The position numbers and the translations under genes were made by a program. From positions 1 to 6,021 of the forward strand of contig BAAFSQ010000455.1 in the NCBI GenBank assembly GCA_054661495.1: a stretch of DNA of 6,021 nucleotides, read 5' to 3'. The DNA comes from Zygophlyctis sp. KS116 (lineage: Eukaryota > Fungi > Chytridiomycota). Numbering within the stretch: position 1 is the first letter of the stretch; each line of letters begins with the position of its first letter. Under the pieces are notes generated by a model, which did no database searches, was not told the DNA's origin, and worked only from the letters and a program-made list of their open reading frames with translations. Positions 1-6,021 of the stretch are shown here, piece by piece.

Positions 1-259
1 TTTATTGTGCTAAAAATAGAATCAAATGGCGTCCATAACATGGCGTTTAATCATATGACCCAATTGTTACTATCAAGTTTGTGGTGTTGTTACAACATAA
101 TTCAACCGTTTTTAATTCTTAAAATACCTGAAACACACATAATTTACACGTACAAAGACAATGTAACACTGTTCTCGAGTTTAGATACCGGACCCCTGTT
201 TTTTAATATACCAATCGAGATAAGAGTAAATAATCCGGGTACCCATCCCTTAAAAAAAA

Positions 260-823
260 ATGGCCCAAGTTGATAATCAAATGAGTGATACTCTTAACCA
301 TTGGTTTCGTACGGTAATAATTCATGCTGATTGTGATATACAACAAGCATTTCAATCAATTCGAAAATTTATGCGAAAAAGAGGATTTTCAGAAGAAGAT
401 AAGCTATACACGCTTAAAGTTTCTAAATTTAATTTTCTTGTCCGCACTACTCAAGGTGAACTTCAGCCAATACCTGTTTCAACAATTACCATAATTGCTA
501 ATCATGAAAAAGTGGCTCAATGTTCAGATATTTTAAATTTGAAAATGATATTTGGAACAAAAGCTCCTTTACCAGTATTAGAACCAAATTTCAAATATGG
601 TATATCAATACTCAAAACAAACTGTCCTTCGGTAAATATCTATAAAAAATTTCTTATTCAAATTAAATGGTATAAACCGGATTTTCATTTGTGGTTGCCC
701 AAAATCAATGATGAGAATCAAACTCTTTGTGTTAGGATTCATTTGAACGTTGATAAGATGCTCTCGGATAACAAAAATATCCCGCCTCTTCTAGGGACTT
801 GGGGAACACGTATTTATCTTTAA
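260..823 (+). CDS. Hypothetical protein; putative ORF1-like or N-terminal region of the retroelement
   Basis: 187-aa ORF with the ATG in an A-rich context (AAAAAAAAATGG), on the same strand and overlapping the next fragment. No motif recognised. Confidence 0.45.
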   Translation: MAQVDNQMSDTLNHWFRTVIIHADCDIQQAFQSIRKFMRKRGFSEEDKLYTLKVSKFNFLVRTTQGELQPIPVSTITIIANHEKVAQCSDILNLKMIFGTKAPLPVLEPNFKYGISILKTNCPSVNIYKKFLIQIKWYKPDFHLWLPKINDENQTLCVRIHLNVDKMLSDNKNIPPLLGTWGTRIYL

Positions 824-1281
824 CTTTTCCTGGATACGAATTAGACATGACTCCTTCGGCTAAAATAGGTATAAATAATAACTTGATACATAGAATCATT
901 AATAACCACGTAAAATGGAAAGAGAAGAAATATTTGCTTATTAAAAAGAATTGCTTTAAAACATTTATTTTCCCTGAGTATGATCCCATCAATAAACTTG
1001 TCTTAAATAAGGACACACATAGGAACCATAAATTTATACATTGGAAACTTTCTGGTATGGAAAGACATTTTCAAAAATTCGATTTAGAAACCTTAATTAA
1101 TCTCCAACGACCAACCTTGCTAAGTCTATCTGAATCATGGTTCACCTTAAATATTATCCCTACAAAAAATTCACAATACATACAACAAACATATACATTA
1201 CCTGGACATGGTTTAATTTTACCCGTGATTTGTATAACTTTTAGTAAACATCCATTTCTAACAAAGAAATGCACTCATTAA
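799..1281 (+). pseudogene. ORF fragment containing a second, diverged APE N-terminal copy
   Basis: FIHWKLSG...RPTLLSLSESW (1033-1140) aligns without gaps to FLHWNAGG...KPCIMSISESW (1296-1403). YIQQTYTLPG parallels FIQKK/TLPG. The frame is open from 772. Confidence 0.65.
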
Positions 1282-1632
1282 ATGGAAATAAAAGTTTTCT
1301 CCATTGGAATGCAGGTGGCCTCAATTCTCAATATAATCGATTTAACTTATTACATATATTAACTGAATATAAACCCTGTATAATGAGTATTTCAGAGTCT
1401 TGGATTAAAAATCCCAAAGAGATCCATTATATACTGCCTGAAAATAAATTACACTACAAGTTAATCTCAGATCATAACAACCTTCCATATTTAAATTTCG
1501 GCCAAGGTACTATCCTAATTGTTAATCGCCAGATTATACCTTTTATCCAAAAAAAACACATTACCTGGACGTTCAACAGGCATATACATTAAAAAAAACC
1601 AATTGAAACTATTATATATGGTTGTATACCTT
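1269..1632 (+). pseudogene. APE (exonuclease III-like) endonuclease, N-terminal half, frameshifted and truncated
   Basis: FLHWNAGGL (W 1305), PCIMSISESW (W 1401) and GQGTILIV. After a frameshift at the A8/CACA tract (1549-1560) it continues as TLPGRSTGIYIKKNQLKLLYMVVYL to 1632, matching the 'GR...I..VY(A/L)P' part of APE. Confidence 0.85.
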
Positions 1633-1677
1633 ATATTGTTTGTTGTTGCCTTATTTGAAGAATTATAGTTGTGGTTT

Positions 1678-1722
1678 AGAATTCTCCAGAACCATCCAGA
1701 CCCATCCAGAACATTCTAGATA
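1678..1722. promoter_or_regulatory. Heat-shock-element-like array / 10-bp tandem repeat
   Basis: Decamers ATTCTCCAGA ACCATCCAGA CCCATCCAGA ACATTCTAGA give nine phased pentamer cores: GAA, CTC, GAA, ATC, GAC, ATC, GAA, TTC, GAT. This is alternating nGAAn/nTTCn with the key G/C kept in all nine. Confidence 0.5.
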
Positions 1723-1726
1723 CTTG

Positions 1727-1752
1727 TATAAGACTATAAGATTCTTATAAGA
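1727..1752 (+). repeat. Three TATAAGA copies (TATA-like); the third lies in the palindrome TCTTATAAGA
   Basis: TATAAGA at 1727-1733, 1735-1741 and 1746-1752; palindrome at 1743-1752. Confidence 0.7.
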
Positions 1753-1864
1753 TGATAACTCCAATAAGCTCCACCTGAGCCATGACATAGACCCAGTACT
1801 TAAATTTCCAAGTCCTTCAGTAGCAACATAAACCTAGGCCATCCAATAGACTTTCTTACTCAGG

Positions 1865-2032
1865 ATGAATATTTCAACAGATATTAATTTTATTTCAAAT
1901 AATCTAATAAATAATACTATTGACTCTTTAATTTTAGATAAAATTTGTAATTGTCATCACCGTCCGATACTATACAAAATATCCAATACTATTTTCCCTC
2001 TATCAAATATAGAGCCGCAAATCCAAAAAAAA
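1865..2032 (+). pseudogene. APE endonuclease C-terminal remnant
   Basis: STDINFISNNL...CHHRPILYKI reads as degenerate (R)IDYIFxS and SDHxPI motifs. It joins the pol frame through a +1 frameshift, plausibly in the A8 run at 2025-2032. Confidence 0.7.
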
Positions 2033-2090
2033 GCAGAATTATTTCAACTACAAAGACATTACAAAAAAAACAATTATAAATTTTAATAAA

Positions 2091-5000
2091 TTGATCGCCA
2101 AAGATTCTTTTTCCTTACTCAATGACTACTCCCTTTTTTGTCACACCGTCATTAAAACGGCTAGAGAGTGTCTTCCTCAAATAACTGTGCAAAATACACA
2201 AAAGTCATTTAAAAAATACAAACAAATCAATAAACTTAAAAAAACGATTAAATTTTTCTCCTTCATCGATCGCCGCCACATTTTCACTGAAAGAGATCTT
2301 CTTGAAATCACTAAGTTTTGGAATTTTTTCTCTTCTGAACCTTTTCCAACTGAACTCCCTGTACTTGAGACCATAGCCCAAATAAAAAAGAAAATAGAAC
2401 GCAAACTTAAAAAGAAAAGAAAGCTCAGAATTCAAAAAAGAATGGCTAAACGGTCACAGAAATTTCACGAAGAACAGAAAAAACACATAAAACATATATT
2501 TGAAAAGCAAGTTGGCACCATAGACCCTTTTTATATAATAACTGATGAAGTAGTCTTTGTTAGACCTCAAGATATCCTTACAGAAATCCAGAAATATTAT
2601 ACAAAAATGTATAAGGAACCCGCTACTTCATACAATATACCTCCACTGCAGATTTTAAATGATATTAATAGTGAAATTTATTCTGATATCAGCGCTCCTT
2701 TCTCTTTTAATGAAGTTAGCGAACTTTTAAAAGAACTTAGTCTTCTGAATCACTTGCTAACTATAGACACTTTCTCTGACGACCTTAATGCTGCTAGTAT
2801 TATACTGATCCCTAAAAAGGAAGACTGGAATGGAGATCTGGGTAATTTACGTCCAATCACTCTTATTAACACGATAAAAAAAATTTTTAGTGCACTTTTA
2901 ACCAAACGTTTAACAAATATCCTGGAAGACCACAATATCCTCAAGGGCAATAATTATGGATTCAGAAATAATTGCAGCACTAAAGATCCACTCTTTATAT
3001 TTCGTTCCATAATTGATGATGCTCTGATAGAAAAAAAGAAATTCTATAGCGCAACCATGGATGTTCAAAAAGCTTATGACACTGTCCCCTTTGCGAGTAT
3101 AATCAATTCACTTCGCAGACTTAAAATTCCTGAAGACTTCATAAAACAAGTTCAAAAAATTATTCAAAGAAATATTTTTATAGATACTCCAGTAGGCCAC
3201 ACTGATCCAATCATTGCCCATCGGGGACTACCTCAAGGAGATCCCATGTCACCGATATTATGGAACATATTCTATGATCCTCTATTAATTAAAATACAAG
3301 AAAGAACAGGCTATAAACTAACTAGAAACGTATCTATATCTGTTGTAGCCTATGCCGATGACATTCATCCGATATCCGAAACTAAAGAAGAGCTGCAAAA
3401 CATGATTGATGACATTGAAACATTTCTTAATACAAACAATATGAATTTAAATCCGAACAAATCCAAGATCATTACGAATGATGCCTTATCAAATTTCCCA
3501 TTTAAAATCCATAATCAAACCATTAAAACAGTCCCTCCAACTGAACTTGTTCGAATATTGGGAGTCTACTGGTCAATGAATGGTTATCATCAGAAGACCA
3601 TCGAAAAAATAATGAAGGATCTCCAGCGACAAATAAATACAATACAATTCAAATACATCCCGGGCAAAATAATGTCCCATTTGATAAATACTGTTATCCT
3701 CCCTCAATTGGTATACAAACTTCAATTTATACCGATTAAAAATACTATTCTGACAAAAATAAACACAAAACTCCGTAAATTAATGAAAGTAAAATTTAAC
3801 CTCCCTATTAATACTAATAACAGCATCCTTTATGATAAACGTTTCGGAATAGGAATGAATAATATCGATAAAGTTTTGCACAATCAACTGTTCTCTGATC
3901 TTCTTACTTTTCTACGTACCTCTAACTTAACTTCACGTGTTATGCTAGCAAGTTTGGATAAATTACAAATGAAATCAAAATATCCATTATCATTGCTATA
4001 CAAGCCAGTCATGTTCAAATCCAAAATAACCTTTGGCAAATATATAATAAATCGGATGTTTTCATCAAACATGTCCTTTCAAACAGGGAATGAGAATGAT
4101 ATTCACAAACTTCTAAAGAATATTCCTTCAGAATTATATTTACGTGATCACCATATTTTATATAAACTGGACCTCACTCTTGCAACAATAGTTCGACCAT
4201 CCAATTCCTCTCAGATATTATCTTTTAGCGAATTTTACCTTCAAAACAAAATTCTTCATGAAAAAACGTTTGACGAAGTCCCACATTGGTGGCAAATAAT
4301 TTTAAGAAAATTTGGTCTCATCGGCGCTCACACAGACTTGTCTATGGCTTTTAACCTGTCTCCCAAACTTGCACCAATTTTACGTTTTAATTTACCAGCA
4401 CATATACCTCCCGAAATTGAAGAATTAGAAATATGGACAGATGGTAGCCTGACACTAGACAAGACTGGAAACGAAAATCATAAAATGGGTGCTGCGGCTA
4501 TTTTTTGGAGTCGTGGACACAAAATTGATCAGATTTCGACAAGAATTGAAGTAGTCAATCCATCTTCAACCAAGGCAGAATTAATAGCTATTTTAACAGC
4601 TTTTCAAAAATGTCTACCATCGCAAAAACTAAAGATTATGACAGACTCCCAAGCCGCCATTGATGCAATTACAAACATCATGAATGAGAAATCTGAACGG
4701 AAAATACTTAAATATAAAAATCATGATCTGCTCGAGGATATCAAAGTACTGTTCAAATACTTCGTTCAAAGCCCAATTTTTATCAAAGTAAAAAGTCATT
4801 CGAATATAGAAAAAAATGAGGAAGTAGAGGTGCTCGCCAAAGCAGCCGCCGATCTGCAGTCTGAACCTTTTAAACCACACAATTCCCTAAACAAGCTAAA
4901 CTTATACTTGAACTCAGTCATAATAAACCAGTATCCGAATTTCTATTTGAAACATATTGATCAAGATCAATACAAACAAGAAATCAGTCTTTATTTACAA

Positions 5001-6005
5001 AAGAAACGATTGATCGATTTTTCTCACAATAATACTTTAACAATCACACATCAAGGTATGAATAAAAAACATGTTTTGGATGCTGACCGTACCAAAGAAC
5101 AAGCCTTTAGAATTCAACTAATCACTAATCAACTACCAGTCTTAAAGAAGGTAAATAAATGGAACTCTGATAAACGTCGCTACACACATGATGAATACTG
5201 TCCGAAATGCCTTACCAATATCGAAGATATGAATCATATTTTTACATGTAAATACAATAACAATTATAAAAAAGAACTCTATAACACCACCATACATTTT
5301 ATGCGGGAACGATTAAAAGAGGATAAAACATACTCCTTATTGAAAAACCACCCAATCCTACCGACACTTAAACATTTAATGTATATTATGGGGATTAAAG
5401 GTGACATTATGTCTTTCTTACACTCAACTGAAGCACAGGGAATCATCACGCACCATCTTCTTCATAAATTTCAAAATACATATAAAACTAGATTGAACTC
5501 GGCTCTTTGGACTCATTTTACGATGGATTGTTGGTTATCAGCTTTTTATAAAGTCATTTGGAAATCGAGGAATAAAAGAGTTTTAGAAAAAAATAAGGAT
5601 ATTACCAGACAAAAACGTCCTAGTGAAACTGACATGACCAATGCACATCCTACAAAACACATACGATATTTTATTAGTCCTACGATATCTGTTCCCTTAT
5701 CTTCTGCAACTGTTTTCAAATTTCGTATCACAATACCTCTACCAGCAAAACTTAAACGCGGCTCAACATCTAGTAGAAACGTTCAACCCAGGAGAGACCG
5801 GTCATCACAAATACCCCGCACTACCGAGGAGATCCCTCCAATTAGTTCGACAGTTCTCACCCCTCATATTACGCCACAGATAAAACGTATAACACTTCAA
5901 TTGAACCCAAAACAAAAAAATAAAATTACTCGAATTTCCTTACTAATTTTGAATTTAATGATTATTTGGGGCATTCTTAATTTCAATCTAATCTTCTTGA
6001 TGTGA
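2091..6005 (+). CDS. Non-LTR retrotransposon ORF2/pol polyprotein (reverse transcriptase + RNase H + CCHC), separated from its APE domain by a frameshift
   Basis: 1304-codon ORF with LIPK, RPITL, D..KAYD, QGDPMSP, YADD, LGV, RNase H and Zn-knuckle motifs. The TTG start is probably not real: the frame is open from 2013 (TAG at 2010-2012) and the first ATG is at 2442. Confidence 0.93.
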   Translation: MIAKDSFSLLNDYSLFCHTVIKTARECLPQITVQNTQKSFKKYKQINKLKKTIKFFSFIDRRHIFTERDLLEITKFWNFFSSEPFPTELPVLETIAQIKKKIERKLKKKRKLRIQKRMAKRSQKFHEEQKKHIKHIFEKQVGTIDPFYIITDEVVFVRPQDILTEIQKYYTKMYKEPATSYNIPPLQILNDINSEIYSDISAPFSFNEVSELLKELSLLNHLLTIDTFSDDLNAASIILIPKKEDWNGDLGNLRPITLINTIKKIFSALLTKRLTNILEDHNILKGNNYGFRNNCSTKDPLFIFRSIIDDALIEKKKFYSATMDVQKAYDTVPFASIINSLRRLKIPEDFIKQVQKIIQRNIFIDTPVGHTDPIIAHRGLPQGDPMSPILWNIFYDPLLIKIQERTGYKLTRNVSISVVAYADDIHPISETKEELQNMIDDIETFLNTNNMNLNPNKSKIITNDALSNFPFKIHNQTIKTVPPTELVRILGVYWSMNGYHQKTIEKIMKDLQRQINTIQFKYIPGKIMSHLINTVILPQLVYKLQFIPIKNTILTKINTKLRKLMKVKFNLPINTNNSILYDKRFGIGMNNIDKVLHNQLFSDLLTFLRTSNLTSRVMLASLDKLQMKSKYPLSLLYKPVMFKSKITFGKYIINRMFSSNMSFQTGNENDIHKLLKNIPSELYLRDHHILYKLDLTLATIVRPSNSSQILSFSEFYLQNKILHEKTFDEVPHWWQIILRKFGLIGAHTDLSMAFNLSPKLAPILRFNLPAHIPPEIEELEIWTDGSLTLDKTGNENHKMGAAAIFWSRGHKIDQISTRIEVVNPSSTKAELIAILTAFQKCLPSQKLKIMTDSQAAIDAITNIMNEKSERKILKYKNHDLLEDIKVLFKYFVQSPIFIKVKSHSNIEKNEEVEVLAKAAADLQSEPFKPHNSLNKLNLYLNSVIINQYPNFYLKHIDQDQYKQEISLYLQKKRLIDFSHNNTLTITHQGMNKKHVLDADRTKEQAFRIQLITNQLPVLKKVNKWNSDKRRYTHDEYCPKCLTNIEDMNHIFTCKYNNNYKKELYNTTIHFMRERLKEDKTYSLLKNHPILPTLKHLMYIMGIKGDIMSFLHSTEAQGIITHHLLHKFQNTYKTRLNSALWTHFTMDCWLSAFYKVIWKSRNKRVLEKNKDITRQKRPSETDMTNAHPTKHIRYFISPTISVPLSSATVFKFRITIPLPAKLKRGSTSSRNVQPRRDRSSQIPRTTEEIPPISSTVLTPHITPQIKRITLQLNPKQKNKITRISLLILNLMIIWGILNFNLIFLM
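2805..3572 (+). other. Reverse transcriptase domain, non-LTR type
   Basis: LIPKKEDWNGDLGNLRPITL (2805), NYGFR, MDVQKAYDTV (D at 3060), GLPQGDPMSPILWNIFYDPLL (Q at 3234), YADD (3351-3362), RILGVYW (3552). Confidence 0.97.
4425..4853 (+). other. RNase H1-like domain
   Basis: IWTDGS (D 4440), SSTKAELIAI (E 4578), IMTDSQAAI (D 4644), KVKSH (H 4797), NEEVEVLAK (fourth acidic position is E at 4827). Confidence 0.95.
5199..5249 (+). other. C-terminal CCHC zinc knuckle (C-x2-C-x8-H-x3-C)
   Basis: CPKCLTNIEDMNHIFTC, followed downstream by IWKSRN (5556), which matches the IWxxRN motif of LINE ORF2 C-termini. Confidence 0.9.
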
Positions 6006-6019
6006 TCTAATTCTTTTGG
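5897..6019 (-). CDS. Possible 3' end of a convergent ORF entering from the right edge (partial)
   Basis: Minus-strand frame open from the window edge: PKELDHIKKIRLKLRMPQIIIKFKISKEIRVILFFCFGFN*. It coincides with a switch from A-rich to T-rich on the + strand. Only 40 codons are visible. Confidence 0.3.
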   Translation of the reverse strand, partial: PKELDHIKKIRLKLRMPQIIIKFKISKEIRVILFFCFGFN

Positions 6020-6021
6020 AT

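Larger units (their letters stand above)
1641..1828. mobile_element. Putative solo-LTR-like insertion inside the APE region
   Basis: Non-coding-looking segment where APE homology stops and later resumes. Bounded by TGTTG (1641) or TGTTGC (1644-1649) and GCAACA (1823-1828). Contains an HSE-like array and TATA-like motifs. No TSD found. Confidence 0.5.
260..6005 (+). mobile_element. Degenerate APE-type non-LTR retrotransposon (LINE) with RT, RNase H and CCHC; boundaries approximate
   Basis: Collinear APE remnants (WNAGGL...SISESW...GQGTILIV...VVYL...HHRPI), RT, RNase H and CCHC motifs on the + strand in the canonical ORF2 order. No TSD or clean poly(A) tail identified, so the ends are inferred. 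Confidence 0.9.

Noticed and set aside
85-97. Palindrome TGTTGT-T-ACAACA, possibly an LTR end
   Set aside because: It is short and isolated, with no partner end or further similarity to the 1641-1828 insert.
173-244. Crossed stems TCTCGA/TCGAGA (173-178/215-220) and CCGGA/TCCGG (188-192/234-238), loosely like an HDV ribozyme P1/P2 in a 5' UTR
   Set aside because: There is no P3/L3, no GG for P1.1, no P4 and no catalytic C in the J4/2 position, and the stems are short. An Infernal or RNArobo search would settle it.
7-273. 88-aa ORF with NPG (IRVNNPGT), checked as a 2A/StopGo peptide because some APE-type LINEs encode these
   Set aside because: It does not match D(V/I)ExNPGP: no D, no E at the right position, and T instead of the final P. 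The ORF has no other support.
1624-1863. Possible intron removing the insert (GTATAC ... CTTTCTTACTCAG)
   Set aside because: The donor is weak, there is no clear branch point, and splicing would not restore the missing GDFN core.
2805-3572. Bacterial RT system (group II intron, retron, DGR, CRISPR-associated or defence RT)
   Set aside because: The APE remnants, RNase H, CCHC and IWxxRN architecture is that of eukaryotic non-LTR elements. No ncRNA, TR/VR pair or array was seen.
732-5731. Short minus-strand ORFs in the track (732-1016, 1071-1274, 2177-2404, 2205-2435, 2750-2950, 3884-4072, 4629-4880, 5546-5731)
   Set aside because: They are antisense shadows of the + strand coding regions with no recognisable motifs.
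5641-5883. 80-aa + strand ORF in an alternative frame
   Set aside because: It is nested in the pol tail with no motif or independent support.
5986-6021. Imperfect direct repeat ATCTAATCTTCTTGAT / ATCTAATTCTTTTGGAT
   Set aside because: There are only two degenerate AT-rich copies at the window edge, too little to call a 3' tandem-repeat tail.

Overview
AT-rich, A-skewed window, probably eukaryotic, almost entirely occupied by one degenerate + strand APE-type non-LTR retrotransposon (LINE). From memory the RT motifs resemble LINEs of early-diverging fungi, but I cannot verify this without a search. The 3' ~3.9 kb is one uninterrupted frame (open from 2013, stop at 6005) encoding linker, reverse transcriptase (YADD), RNase H, a CCHC knuckle and a low-complexity tail. 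The 5' 2 kb is broken into overlapping ORF pieces: an unassigned ORF1-like region, two tandem copies of an APE endonuclease N-terminus, and an APE C-terminal remnant. The APE catalytic core is missing. In its place is a ~190-bp TG...CA-bounded, LTR-like insert carrying a phased heat-shock-element-like array and three TATAAGA motifs. The RT-RNase H ORF has two in-frame lesions (missing KAPGxDG segment, RNase H D->E). The last ~100 bp switch composition and may be the end of a convergent minus-strand ORF with K/R-hydrophobic alternating motifs. No RNA genes, CRISPR arrays or prokaryotic features were seen.
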